The position numbers were made by a program, and so were the translations under genes. DNA of 64,000 nt. It comes from Botryllus schlosseri. Taxonomy: Eukaryota. Position 1 is the stretch's first letter. Each line of letters opens with the position of its first letter. Shown here piece by piece: positions 1 through 13,172 of this stretch. The notes beneath the pieces were generated by a model. It made no database searches and was not told the DNA's origin. It worked only from the letters and a program-made list of their open reading frames with translations. The DNA is taken from positions 3,348,001-3,412,000 of the forward strand of contig CM119380.1 of the NCBI GenBank assembly GCA_051294905.1, read 5' to 3'.

Positions 1-344
1 TCGGACTTTCGCTATGGCCGGAAAAGAGCTTCATCTGTTCACACCGGTGTTCTTGAAGATAATGAGCTTTTTTAGCTTGTACTTATTTATATTTATTGTA
101 TGTAAAAACTGCAGCTACCACGAGCACTATCAGTGAGGAAAGAGGCCGATGCGATTCTTGCAACGGAATTGAAAAAAAATGAACTGTAATTGGCCAAAAA
201 TTATTGAGCTATTCAATCGTGTGCACTTCCGTCGTCGTAAACTGCTATCAGTAATAAAATCAATGAGCGTCAGCTGTATTTTGAAGACGATCCCTATACT
301 GAGTGTAATATCAGGCTGGTGAGTATTTGTGATCACATTATTGG

Positions 345-356
345 CCCAGCAAACAC
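345..356 (+). mobile_element. Orphan left terminus of a CMC/EnSpm-type non-autonomous element (CCCAGCAAACAC)
   Basis: Same 12-mer begins elements at 37857 and 58287. It is followed by GGATATC-rich subterminal sequence to ~800. No matching right end was found. Confidence 0.5.
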
Positions 357-873
357 ATAATTGCCGAGGGCTATCCAAGCAGTGTCCCAGTGTCCGGTTG
401 CACAGGCGTGGGCTAATACTTTACTATCCACGTTCGCACGTTCGGGAATGTCCGGTTCGGATATCCTGGGACATACATAAAGAAAAACATTTGGGATTGT
501 CCACTAAAAGTCCCAATTCAATTTCCAGTTGATATCATAATCTGACAGTGTGCGTATATTTCCATATTGTTTCAGCGAAAAAGTCAACCTCTCAAGTTCT
601 TGCTGATGAGTGCACATTTACACCCCGATATTCGGGATAGTCCATTGAATGTGCGAATCAGAATTCCAATGGATATCATATTCGGACAGTGAGAGGATAG
701 TTCCATTTTGTTTCAGCTAGAAAGTCAATCTCTCATTAACTTATGACGCTGATATACGCAAATTGTTCGAAGGATGTTCGACATAACGGATTTCCTTTTC
801 TGAAATATCGATGACGCTAAGAAGGAGGTCGAGTGTGAACTGAGCGAGGATGAAAGGTATATAATACGGTATA

Positions 874-1614
874 TTGTCAGGTACATATACTACAAAAGAT
901 GGGCGGCAGTGGTGCCGTGAGGAGGAGCGACTTTTGGCGGGATCGGAGTTGCACCTTAAAACTTCGGGCAGGAAGATTGACTACAAAGTCTTTGAGAGAG
1001 CGCTCAAATTTGAACGGAGCATCGAGGCCATCCGATGTCATCGTAAGAATAAAAAGTACAGAGAACTTGTGCTGTGGTTAGAATCCGAGGCGGCCAACAG
1101 CTCGGTGGCACGACAGACTGACCCTAACCCAGCGGGGAAGGATTCGGCTAATGGACCTATCCCCCAAGGGCCCCTTCAGCAAGGACCCGCAAGTTCGGAT
1201 CGGCACGGTGCGGCCAACGGGCCGAGCCATCCTAGCCCCTTTGAGGAAGGGGCGACTGTGCGAGGGGAATCGGGAGCGGCAAATGGGCACGAGCACCCCG
1301 GGGTGTACAGCGCGGCCGAGGGGCTTGAACACCTTGATCCCGTGGGCGGCGGGATCCCAACATCCACGGGCTCCGGGGCGGCAAATGGACCGGAACCCGA
1401 AGACCCCGCGGCCGGGGCGACAATGGTCTCGTCTAGTCGGGTGATGGGAGACGGTGAATCCCAAAGCCAGTACAGGTCGGCCGAGTACGGTGAGCAAATG
1501 CGACAGATGATCACATGTTCATTTATTCTCGACTTCACATGCGACGCGCGATTCTCAGATATGGTTACCATACGTCCTAAGTCCTTCTTTAGGAGGATTT
1601 GCCCTTCTTTTTGA
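874..1614 (+). CDS. ORF with R2-clade non-LTR retrotransposon c-Myb-like DNA-binding domain (~910-1072) plus Gly/Pro/Ala-rich linker; no RT or endonuclease
   Basis: WCREEERLLAGSE...RSIEAIRCHRKNKKYRELV fits the R2 Myb pattern W-x2-EE-x2-LLA-x2-E...R[ST]xEAI[KR]x2R-x4-Y[RK]xLV. The segment is GC-rich and has four xANG[PH] repeats. Alternative (TTG) start. Confidence 0.65.
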   Translation: MSGTYTTKDGRQWCREEERLLAGSELHLKTSGRKIDYKVFERALKFERSIEAIRCHRKNKKYRELVLWLESEAANSSVARQTDPNPAGKDSANGPIPQGPLQQGPASSDRHGAANGPSHPSPFEEGATVRGESGAANGHEHPGVYSAAEGLEHLDPVGGGIPTSTGSGAANGPEPEDPAAGATMVSSSRVMGDGESQSQYRSAEYGEQMRQMITCSFILDFTCDARFSDMVTIRPKSFFRRICPSF

Positions 1615-1974
1615 AATTTTGTCCTCTTTTTTTGGAATTTTGGTTAAACATAGGGCAAAATCCGATCGAGATACTGTAAAATAGCACACTGAACAAACGC
1701 TACGGAGGTTATTTCGGGAGCTGACCCGGAAAGTTGACCTTTTTGAGTCAACCGACCACGACGTGGGAAAGTTGACCATTTTTCAAGATTTCCTCCGGTA
1801 TTCTAAGTTTAAAAATTTTGAGAAATTGTCCTACTTTCCCGATTCTAAAATTTGGTAATCCTATTCTTGGATCATTATTGGCTTGTATTAGCGTGTTAGT
1901 CCTTCAACGGCGAGCCTGATTATCAGATAGAGCTACGTAACACTGGGGAAAGTACTGTCACCCGACGTCTTGAA

Positions 1975-2775
1975 ACATCCGGCCACATCAGAAGAATGGT
2001 AAAAAATCTCAGGATTTCAATAAATCTTGGAACTTTCCGATGTGCTCAAGAGCAATTGACGATGGCAAAGCCTGTGGTTATCCAAGCCCCCAGTTTGAGT
2101 GGTTCGGAGTACTACAGTTATAAGGGAACCCGTAGAATGGCGTTATAGGCAGTTAGCGATGCTCGTTATTGCTTTACATTAATCGATATTGGCGAATTTG
2201 GTAGACACAGGGTGTAATATTTGCTAACAGTGAGGTTTGACAGAAGATTCATTTCCAGTGGTTTGAATACGCCTGAATCTGATTATCTGCAAGGTACAGA
2301 TTTGCAAGTCTCATACTGTATTGTTGGAGACGCTGCTTTCCCCTCGGGCGGAGAACTTGATGAGACCATATCCTGGAAGTCTTCTCTCATTTATTAAATA
2401 TGTTTTTAACTATCGGCTGTCCCGCGCAAGACGGATAATTGAGAATACATTTGGTATCCTAGCGACACGTTGGAGAGTGTTCGGAAGACCTATAATTGCT
2501 TGCCAAGACAAAGTCGCCATAGACAGCATGTTGTTTGCAGAATTATCATCAAATGAAAACAAGGTATTTTCAAATGAAAACAAGCTATCTGTTGACCATG
2601 AAGATCATGCTGGTAACATTATCTCCGGTAACGGGCGCGCCGAACAGCAGGATATGTCTGCGGTGAGACCGATCGGTAGAACCGCACTAAGATGAGATCA
2701 ATGCGAGCACCAGATGTGCGCGAAAAATTCGAAGATTATTTCACTTTGAATGCTGGCAGGTTACCTTGACATGAT
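1975..2775 (+). pseudogene. PIF/Harbinger (DDE_Tnp_4) transposase remnant
   Basis: Frameshifted motifs [65 protein letters not shown], and C-terminal VREKFEDYF. Confidence 0.9.
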
Positions 2776-3860
2776 GCAGCTGTCAACAGAACACGTTAGC
2801 TCACACTGTCGACAGTTGCAACAACATGGCAGCTTCCCCGTTCCTATTGTGTTCATATACTACCTTGCCATGATGTGTTCTTGTTCCAATCATGAGTTTC
2901 TATGTTTGCTGCAGACTGAGGGCGGATGGAACAGATATTAATTAATCCGTAATCGCCGATTAAACGCCACTTATCGACTGGGATCCGTGCACATGGGGCG
3001 ATCAGCCACAAATAGGTGAATTTTAATCGGCCAAATGTTATCCGCCGAGCGATGTGTCTAGAAAGGTAATCTGCTGTATTTTTCGCGGCGAGACAGCGGT
3101 CGACGCTGGCTATTTACACCAGTGTTAAGTACTGAGATGGTGAAATAACACCAGTGCAAATTCTGGAGATCCTTCATGAGAATGTTATTCTGACACCATT
3201 CGGGCATGGTAACCTAAAGCGGTTAATATTGTATTACGTTCCCGCCGCACACTCTTGATTGATCATCAGGCTGTACCCACCAGAATGCCTCTAGGCGGAT
3301 AAAATACTTTGACTGGTTAACGTTAGATGATCGATCGGCCAGCAAGAATGTTGCTCTAGGTTATGCGTAAAACTGCAGAAATTGGTGATACGAGGAAAGA
3401 AGAATAATTGGTCGTAGGAGAAATTGAACAATTTGAAAATGAGACCATTGATTATATAATATAGCTGGCTATACTGTAAAAAAAGGCTCTCATGTAAGAT
3501 TTCTGCTAGGTATAATCGAACAGTTGTGTAGTGATAGGCAACAAGGATCAGTTATCTACGTGATGGAACGAAAAGCGAACTCTGAACTCTATCATTCTGA
3601 GGATTATGTGCACTTCGTACAGTAAGTAAGTAAGCAGAACAGCAGATAAAATATATTTCCGGCGAGTGACTCCGGATGAAAAACTTCGTGGCAAATATTT
3701 CAGGTCAATCGTTCAGACGTTTCCTTACCAGCGTTACCAACTCCGTAAGGAAGATAATCGCTAAAACCGGTGTCAAAAATCCCTAGATGTCGCTAATATT
3801 TTAGTAAAAGCACTATTTCCGCATTAATTGCCAAAGGCGGTAAATTGAACCATTTTCGGG

Positions 3861-4136
3861 CTATATTTTACTCGTCCGGGGCCAAAGTCGCATTTCGATA
3901 AAGCAGATTGCGCAATGATCGCTATACGTGACTACTGACCAGGTTTGCATGCGTAAACGCTCACTGCTTGAACGTGCCTTGCTCGATGCGTCCGTGAATA
4001 CGTGTGATGCGATGTACCGTGGGAATGCGCTTGACTTCACTAAACTGTGTTGGACTTCTTGAACACGACATGCGACTTGACCCGACAGAACACGACTTGA
4101 ACCGGGTTTGCCAGCCACTATAAGTAGAGACCCCAA
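3861..4136 (-). pseudogene. BEL/Pao LTR-retrotransposon RNase H fragment
   Basis: FPRYI..HVFTDASSKA...HCAICF..RLWP resembles the BEL/Pao IPR..LHxFxDASxxAY...KSRxAP region. Confidence 0.55.
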
Positions 4137-4192
4137 GAAAATAATCCGAGGACCAACCCTGAGTATGAAATTAATTAAATCTGGTCTGAAAC

Positions 4193-4990
4193 GAAAGCTA
4201 GTGTCACACTGATTCCGACAATACGAATTAATTTCTTTTCAAAACAATGGAAGGACCTTAAAACAGCCTACGAAGTCTGAAAATCGGCATTGATCAGAAC
4301 AATCGCTGGACGAAATCGGTCATTGCTATGTTCATTGTGTTGCAGCGGTATCATTGTTGGAGCAGTGCCGGTTTTCAGACTTTGAGGGCTGTTTCGGGGT
4401 GCACGTTCCATCGTCCTGACGAGATTTTATTTTTCGAAATCACTGCGACTGCATAGCTTCCGACCAAGAACAGATACAGTTAACTCGACGCTCCGAAAGA
4501 TAGATAACTTTTGGACTGCCAGAAATCCTACTGTCGCTTACGCAAAACGATTCTGAATTACAGCCTCAGCGAAGCCGCAAATTTGACATGTCGAAAAAAA
4601 ATCGCCCTACTGATCAGGAATGCGAGAAACTTGCAGCGGTCATTAAGGCCGTGATAACTAACATACTGATAGCCACGAACACCCGTCGTCACGCTTGCTT
4701 GCCCGGAGGAAATTACTGCTCAGCCATCTGAACACAACGCAATTGCTAATCCCATAGCTGACGAACCGCGTGCTTAAATTCCATAAAGCTGATCTCATTT
4801 GAAAGCTACTGTCGCACTGATTCCGAAAATATACATTAAGATCTAATCACGGCAATGGGACTCCCTGAAATACACCTCATATTTTGAAAATCGGCATTGT
4901 TCTAAACAGTTGCAACCACTCTAGGGCCATTGCGCTGCGTCGCTGCGATTGTTCAGAACAATGCCGATTTTTAGACTTTGAGGCGACGCA
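4193..4990. repeat. Two diverged copies (~4193-4400, ~4801-4990) of a ~200-bp unit, each containing a ~110-bp hairpin
   Basis: Both begin GAAAGCTA(G/C)TGTC(A/G)CACTGATTCCGA and contain GAAAATCGGCATTG ... CA(A/G)TGCCG(A/G)TTTT inverted arms. Confidence 0.7.
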
Positions 4991-5699
4991 GAACGTGCGG
5001 AATCGATCACATACAAACATTCAAATCACTTGAAAGTCATTACGCAAGTGAAGGAAAAAATATGAATACTTGCCAGATGGCCTGAATAAATCCAAAATGC
5101 ACGAAATGTATCTGGGATGGTGAAAATCTAACTCCAAAAAAGGCTTCTATTACAGAGTTTTCAAATGTAGATTTAATTTGAAATTCAATTGCCAACGAAG
5201 GACCTATGTGACCGCTGTTCAGAATATGCAAATATGACACCTGAAGGAAAATGTGCTGAAGATGATAAGCAGCATCAGGCTCATATCAATGAGAAAATTG
5301 TGCCAGAGAGTTTAAAAGGCCACAATGAAAGAAACAACAGGATGGTTATTGGAATGCTTCCATTCGCACTGAACACATTCAAATTTGATGAATTCACGAT
5401 GATTACTTGATTACAAGACATTCCCAAAATGAGAATGACTGCTCTCATTGTGGCATCAAATCGAAAACAAGAGGTATGTCTATACATCAGACATGGGGTG
5501 GTTACTTCATGAATGTAATCGATTGCGATTACGATTACTTCTGAATCACGCGATTACGATTACAGCAAAATCAGGCAGTAGTCGATTACGATTACATTTA
5601 TTTTGCATCGTAGTAGTTATATTGGAAGACAAACCATGGCTTGCGCTGAAAAGGCCTAATGAGATAACAACTCTCTTTAAAAAAGATTAAGTCATAATG

Positions 5700-6598
5700 T
5701 AGGGTTGCCATACGCCCGGAATTTCCCGGACATGTCCGGAATTTCACTGTTCAAACTTGCGTCCGGGAGAAATTTCTAAAATATGCCAAATGTCCGGAAT
5801 TTTGAAGACTTGACGTAGGCTCATAATTTCTTCATAAATCCGCATAAACATATTTCTTGGGGAATATTTATGCTGATGCATGATATTTTTCTTCGCGCTG
5901 TGCGCGATTTCCCATCACACTTATTCATTTCAATATGGAGACTACCACCCTCGCAAAAACTGCGATAAAATATAAATAAAAACAGCCTTCATTTACTGGA
6001 ATAAGCCTAATTATAATCGCAATTATAGGAGAACGGTATATTCCTAGAGATCGCTAAGGCCGTTTAAATGCCTTAACCAAATATAGTGGTTCCAAACGGG
6101 GAGGGGGGTCGTTTTCCTTTATTCTTGAGTTTGCGAATGTGTTGAACGTAATCAGCTTCCAACATAGCCCGTGAGTAAGTCTAGGCAAAGGTGCTGAATT
6201 CTTGTGGTAATGAGCTCGTCAAATCTTGATCTGGGCCACGGAACATTTTCAAATTGGAGATGGAGTCGCGACCATAAAAGGGTTTGAAGGTTGGAAACCA
6301 CTCGATGTGTTTTTTTTTATAAAGCTCCGTGGTGCGCACCTGCATAAGGCTGATAAACAATCTTATCGGTAGGGCATGAACATGACTTAACGATGTGCAA
6401 TTACGTTCCCTGTATTTTCGAAGTCATCATCCTCTACCAGCTCTACCGCTAACTCTGATCATTTTGGCGGAGAGTAGTAGGCCTATCTTATATATACAAA
6501 GCTTTGCTAGTGTGGCGTCATAACTTATTTTGAAATCCTCTCACTAGTGGTCGCTAAAGAGTGTCCGGAATTTAGGTTGCAGAAATATGGTAACCCTA
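5700..6598. mobile_element. hAT (Tip100-like) MITE
   Basis: TIR TAGGGTTGCCATA / TATGGTAACCCTA; perfect TSD TCATAATG (5692-5699, 6599-6606). Confidence 0.92.
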
Positions 6599-6830
6599 TC
6601 ATAATGTACCAATTGCCCATTTTATAGAGGACGGTTTATCGCACCCAACGATTTGCATTCTTGCCAGGTTCATAACTGTCGCACCTCAAATTCCCCAATA
6701 GAGTGGGGAGCGTGGTTGGAGGGGACTCAGAGTAGTATTTCGTAAACCGACATAAATTATAGAGTATTTTCGAGAGATTTCATCAACTTGGAAATTCTAT
6801 TTGAGCTTTGTGATTTAAATGTCTCTAGAT

Positions 6831-8314
6831 CAGGGGTGTCAAACTCAATTCGGGTCGCGGGCCGGATTCAGACCTTCAAATGTCTCGCGGGCCGGATCAG
6901 TAAAATGTGTTTCAACACACATAAAAATGAAGTTACTAGCTTATTGCATACACGTACAGTTTACTGAGTAAACATACTTACGTTACGGGGATAAGCTACC
7001 CCTCGAATATACGTCTTGTCCGCCGTTCGCGATACGTACCTTCTCCCGAAATTTCGTGGCCACGCCAGTCTTCTTTCCGACCATCGACGGCGCACCGTCA
7101 GTAGCCAGGCTGATGGCACGGGACCAGACTACCCCCGCCCTGTCAAGCGCTCCAACGAGTGCGATGAAAATATCACTCGATGTTGTAGTGTCGGTCATGG
7201 GAACGAATTGAAGCAATTCCTCAGTAATTTGCAACGACGGATCAACACCCCTAATAAATATGGCCAGTTGGGTAACATCTGTGACATCGATGCTCTCATC
7301 GATCGCCACTGAAAATGCGATGTTTTAATCCTGTCTTTTAATTCGCTTTCCAAGTCATTTGATAGGTCAGCTATTCTATTTGCGACCGTGTTTCTTGAAA
7401 GGCTGATATTGGCAAATGAGTGCTGCTTTTCATGGCCCACTACCTCCGCAGCCTTCCACATGCACGTTTTTACCACCTCCCATCAGCATATGGCCTGGAT
7501 GCCGGAACCAACTCATAAGGTAGCTTGCCATCACAGATGCTTCAGTTATATCCCGGCGGCGGGTAAAGGTGGATTGCTGATCTTCAGGCGGGCCATAAGT
7601 ATTTTTATTTCGTCACTTCGTGAATGTCCTTTGAAATCTCCGTATTTCTTTTTATGGTGAGTCTCGTAGTGGCGTCGAATATTATATTCTTTGAGGACAG
7701 AAACTTGCTGATTACGAACCAAGCATACTGGTTTCGCGTCCACCTCTATGAATAAAAAAACTCTCGGTCCATTTTTGTTTGAATATTCGGCACTCGGTAT
7801 CCACTCGTTTAATTTTTCCCATTTTCGGAATGTGAATTTCCTAGCCACGAATATCGTGATAAAATAATAACTGGGTCGGTTAGGAATATGACTGTCGTCA
7901 TGTCGATACAATCACCAGTGCCCCACGCGGAGATAAGAGCTCGCAATTTGTCGTAAACTAACTAAGTGTAATTTCGTTCGGTCGTCACTTGTGTCTATCA
8001 CCATCGGGCGAGATGCGATGTCAACGACAATCGTATCATATTACCATCCGGCAGATGCCAGTCACTCGAATTTGCAACTGTGTACTGTTCATTCCTGCTG
8101 ATTAGCAGCATTCATACGTAACAATTGAAAGCAACGCGCTACAACGCGTCTGACTGATTGCTGTCGTAATGTTATATGATAAATACAAACCGTTGCTAAA
8201 ACTGAGCAATCTTAGCATGCGTCTTCTTCAATTATCCAGAAATGGTCTGGCGGGCCGGATGAAATGACTTCACGGGCCGGATGCGGCCCGCGGGCCGTAT
8301 GTTTGACACCCCTG
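6831..8314. mobile_element. hAT Charlie/SPIN-type internally deleted element
   Basis: TIR CAGGGGTGTCAAAC; perfect TSD CTCTAGAT (NTCTAGAN consensus); GCGGGCCG subterminals. Confidence 0.95.
6983..7800 (-). pseudogene. SPIN/Buster/GTF2IRD2-like hAT transposase N-terminal half, frameshifted
   Basis: PVCLV..VSVLKEYNIRRHYETHH, ISLSRNTVANRI, AIDESIDVTDVTQLAIFIRGVD, LATDGAPSMVG. Confidence 0.92.
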
Positions 8315-10389
8315 CTCTAGATAGCTTGATTCCGAAATGCATACGTCTCCCCCTAAAGAAATAAAGCATGCATAATTCATCGTAATAGGCATTTAGGTGC
8401 CAGTCAATACCGCTCCCCGACACACCCAAAGACATATGCAGTTTCGGCCAACATGAGACTCCGCGAAGTGTGCTACCAAAGAAAGACATTGGCCGAAACT
8501 TAGGGTACGTGTTCAAGTCCACTGTCAATAGCCGCGCTGGTTGGGCGAGAGAGTCCAGTCCTTCCAATCTGAGCGCACGATTCAAATGCAACCCGGGCAC
8601 CCACAGAGCCTTGACAATTTGTGTGTGTGTCTCACGCAAGTTTTTCTTTTAGTCTGTTAGGTTTGGGCCACTACAATATCTTTCGACCATACACTGACTA
8701 AAGTAATTATTGCAAGATGCCAGATGTTATAGTTATGAATTACGCGCGCCCTGCTCTTCAAGTAAATTGGACCATCGGGCGCTGAGATCGACAATATTAT
8801 TGACGAAATTTAATCTTTACCTTGAAAATTGACTATTCTATGGGGGACCAACGTTTGAGTGGGGGACGCTTTTGCTGTTTTGATCCTGACTCTAGCTACA
8901 GCCCACGCCAACATGATATATAAGCCGATGGCTATGGCGGCGACAGGTCCAAATGTTTAATGAAGAATTGTGAAATAGCGATTGGCGCCCGTTTTGAGTA
9001 GAATAATATGAGAATAAGAGAAAGTGAACATAAAATTCTGCCTTGAATATAATACAGATAATGTAATGCAACCTGCCATTACGAGAAACGGCAGCACAAC
9101 GGCTAAGTTAGGATATATATCAGGTGTTGATTTTAATGCTTCGTTGTGGAAACAGTAATGTTTTATTTGACGAGTACAAAATTTCAAACCTTTGTCTGGT
9201 GCATGATCGTACCATGTAGGTCTTACTGCTCGCCAAGCAGCCGCGGCCCAACTGCATTTAACTATAGAAGTAGAACCATTACATTCTATAGTTTAACTAA
9301 GCATAACCAAACATCAATAAAAAGTTGCTATTTTAAACTAGGCAGAGGTGATTAATTATCCTGCTGCGAGGTAGTGGCATCTGAAATGTACTGATAGCCC
9401 GATATACAGCACGGTGGGTTCACTTACAATTATACACTAATGTACATCGGATATCTATTTGCTATGCGTGAATAATTCTTACGCAATGACGAGCAAAGCT
9501 AATAGGCTACCTCTGACGTAATAATGAGCAGTGGCATTTGAAAATCGGACGTTTGTGCTCTCAATAACTGGTGTAATATCTCTTCCTTGTTCACGAGTGT
9601 TCAGTTTATGTCACAGTCCTTGTACGAATGAAAAGTAATCGTTCTTTCACAAAGAAATCGATTGGATATGGGAAGTAGTCGATTACGATTGCTCGAAAAT
9701 GCTGTAATCGTCGTAATCGATTACGATTACTAATCGCGATTACCCCATGTCTGCTATACATACTTTGGACCAATGGGAGACAGCTATTCAGTTGTCGTTT
9801 CTGAGGGACAAGGCCAGCAGTATTCGTGTAAATCATCAATATGTGTTTGATTTCAGTGGTCTTTTGACAAAATCTAGCACTGAAACAGGTACTCAAATCA
9901 GAGTATACTGGTTGAAGGGCATTCAGTCCAAATTCACTAAGCCTGTTTCAATGCTATTTAGATATAGTTACCACGACACTGATTATCGCCAAGTCGGGTA
10001 CGACCGAAGATGTTTGATTATGATTCAGGAATATATAGAAGAACTCCGGGATGGCCGACCTCTTTTTGGCTAATACATAATTGTAGTTAAACATAAACCT
10101 GGTCCTGAACCAAGTGCGACGTCTGCTCTTTTTCGGGTGTTGATGAGACCTGTTCATAAAACCTCTTTTGCCAATCCCTGCCTGTTTTCATAATGAGTTT
10201 ACTGGCCATGACTTTCCCCACTGGCCATGACTTTCCCCACACTTCATGCCTAGTGTCACGCAGCACGTCAAAACCAGAAAATACCGGGGTTCACACACCC
10301 AATTTTATAAATCAAGTACAAAAGTGTTCATGCAAAATTATCTTAAATCTAACATGAGAACATGGACAGCACTGAGTATAATGAAGAAA

Positions 10390-12730
10390 AATCAGCCTTT
10401 TTCAGAGGCCTTGGACGTCAACTTCAACCGTATTTTTCGAAACTGCTTAGCAGGTTGGTCTTCTGCAAGCCGTTTGCTGTCCATTCGTGTCACGTCATTT
10501 TTAGCGAAGCAATTGAAAGCAGTAATAACAAACAAGTCAAAATTAATATGGTGGAGGTATGCAAAGGCATAGGTAGACCTGAACACTATTTGAATTGCTG
10601 CCAGGAAGACTTTTCTCTCTGGTTGCTACAACACATAAAATCTCTTCACCACTTTTTCGATGGTAGAAATTTCAGTTTAATATCGAACAGCTAGCTAGCC
10701 CAGTCACACCACAGCTGAACTCTGTTGGCTGGGAAAGACCTCCACGATCAGCCACAGCAAAAATTTATTAATGCTTTTCTGGCACACTGTCATATAGAGG
10801 TGGGCATTCACGATTTATTACGATCAATTTCTCGCAGACAGAGCACTTCCGCCGACGAGAGAAAACACGGCCTATATAGCCACTGACGGAAAACGCGATG
10901 GTCCCATCACCATCTTCTATTCTGACCGTACATACCAAATCGAGCTTCAATAGGATTGAATACCAATTTGCCAGTAAGCAAGTATTCAAAATGATGCTTG
11001 CCTTGCAGATATCTAGCAAGAGCTATAAATGCTTCAATTGACTAATACATGCCAAAACATCTCGGCACTGAGACCCAAATTTCCTTATTGTCGCCAACAT
11101 TTGAAGATCTCGATGTCATCTTTTAGGTATAATGATCCAGAATGCCCACTTTCAATGTGTTGCAAAGGCTTGAACATCGAATTTTCTTTCCGTTGTCTTT
11201 ATTTGGAGATTTAACTGACATAATACTCCAGATATTGTGGATGAAATCGATGAAACGTGCAGTTGACAAAAAGGCTGGATGCTCTTTGCCATAGAATCGC
11301 AAGCCACGTGCAGTTGATTCGCTGAATACGCTCAATGCGTGCTGCGGCGAGGTCCTTGCTATGCTGCTAGGATTTAGTGAAACCTTTTTCACGTTTGAAG
11401 CGATTTTTAAAGTCTCCGTTTCTTCCATAGCTTACAGCTTTTTTATATGACTGAACTCAGGCGTACAGGATTCACCAACAATATGCTCAAAATTCGTGGT
11501 TGAGAGATTCAGATATATTTTGTTGATGAAGTGTTCGTTAATGTTCTTGAAGTTGTTGGTGAAGTCAAAAGTCAGAAATAATTGCTCATCAAAACGTTGT
11601 GAGTGCTGCACACTTGATCGCCCAAGAAACAATTTCCTATTGCACACATGGTTGTCAACTGATAGAGAAACGACAACAAGGAAATCGTTGAGAGCATTCA
11701 TCACAATGTCAAACCATTTCCTCAGCGTACTAGTGTCCAATTTGCTCACAGGAATCAAGCATACAACATCTTTGTATTTCCTATGGAGTGACTGCACCAT
11801 GAAAGTCAGTGCCGTTTTGAATGGAGTAGCATCGTCTGTGTATCCAACAAGAGACCGACCCATTGGTGTATTCTACACGCTGGCTGTCTGTGTAGACCTC
11901 GCCAATCATAAGCGTGACAACCTTTTCGGACTCTGTCAAAATGGCAGCTTAAATCAACTTCGCCCGATTCAACTGCTCTATCTGCGGATAAATTTCTCAG
12001 GTGACTGATGTTTGGAGCTTCTTGTACCAACTAGTGCTGGTTAATTTCCACAGAAATGCCGTCACAACGATGTCTGACGAGTACCGACGGCCTTGCTTCG
12101 GCCGAGAAATCATTTTCAATTGCTCCTTTTAAAATTTACGACGGCATCAGGCTGTTCAATTAAGTCCGAGGTGTCGTCTCTTGACAGTACATAACTTTTC
12201 AAATGACTGATAGCTAATGCAATATGAGCAGTAGTATCCACCAGAGATCAGCGGATTTGAAATTTCCATGTCCTAATCCAATCCGAATCCGAACCTTCAA
12301 ATCCAAATCCAAATCCTAATCCATAACTTTTTCATATTCAAGTCCGTGTCAAATCCTAATCCGATTCCAACTGGAAATTCAGAAAAAAAATACTAATTTA
12401 TGCAATGGAAGGATTCGAAAATTTTCTTTCACAACCAACGATTCACTTGATTCAAGATAACTTAGTAACCATAAGTACAATAATAACTGATCTGAATAAA
12501 GTTTGTCGCCATTCGCCACACGACATTTCAATCTCCCAGAAAATATGTAAATCCAATCCAAACCCCAATCCGTTCTGAAAAAATTGTCTAATCCAAATCC
12601 GACAAAATTTCACAAATCCTGTTTTTTCAAAACCTAATCCTAATCCATGCTCATCTCTGTTATCCACACAATCACCACTGTACACTGCCTTGCAGAAAGC
12701 AAGGATATTCACTAATTCAGTGGTTGTTTG
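10390..12730 (-). pseudogene. P-element transposase body (RNase H, GTP-binding and C-terminal regions), decayed
   Basis: TTELVNILAFCK, KQGRRYSSDIVVTAFLW, VTLMIGEVY, KTALTFMVQSLHRKYKDVVCLIPV, SVDNHVCNRK, LNPSSIARTSP, SVSGYIGR. Confidence 0.88.
12242..12659. mobile_element. hAT MITE with AATCC/GGATT repeats
   Basis: TIR CAGAGATCAGC / GCTCATCTCTG; TSD GTATCCAC / TTATCCAC (7 of 8). Confidence 0.85.
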
Positions 12731-13172
12731 TAAAGCGCAGATCACACGTACAATATTCAGACGCGGCACGCACTCGCGCATACGTTTCATTCTTTGCTCT
12801 GCTCATGCGCCAGCGCCGTGCGCGGGAGGAACGCTGCAGTCGCGTTTCATTCGAGAGTCGCGAGTGAATCATTCCGCACGAGCGAATATACGTCACAGCC
12901 GAGAAAAAATGATTTGTGAAATATGGATTAGTTGTTCGGAAACCTTCACCGTGTACGGATCTCGTAGGTCCAGCCATTTGATTATTTTGGTAATAATAGC
13001 CAAGGAATATTATGTAAGTAATAATTTATCGCAGAGGTGTAAATATTCCTTCTGAATACCACTGTACCAATAGTTTCCTGAAGAGTCCAGCAGTACCGTT
13101 GTTTTCGTTTCAAGATATCACGAGGATTCATTATCAGTAATATATCACCTTCGCCATGTTCTGAATTAACAG

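Larger units (their letters stand above)
5488..9753. mobile_element. hAT-type non-autonomous element with GATTAC-repeat subterminals, carrying nested insertions
   Basis: TIR CAGACATGGGGT / ACCCCATGTCTG; perfect 8-bp TSD CTATACAT (5480-5487, 9754-9761). Confidence 0.92.
5030..10025 (+). pseudogene. CMC-superfamily (Chapaev3/EnSpm-like) transposase remnant, split into 5030-5487 and 9754-10025 by a hAT insertion and cut at 10026 by a P element
   Basis: Motifs LESHY, YEYLPDGLNKSKMHEMY, YYRVFKCRFNLKF, PTKDLCDRC. After removing 5488-9761 the frame reads YLITRHSQNENDCSH...GMSIHTLDQWETAI, matching the GHxQNExDSxH motif. Confidence 0.75.

Noticed and set aside
3800-3815. CTCF-like motif CCCTAGATGTCGCT (similar at ~6541)
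   Set aside because: Such motifs are common in transposon subterminals, and function cannot be inferred from sequence.
10140-10200. IPACFHNEF as C-terminus of the CMC transposase
   Set aside because: Lies inside the P-element TIR boundary (10026), so it is probably a chance resemblance.
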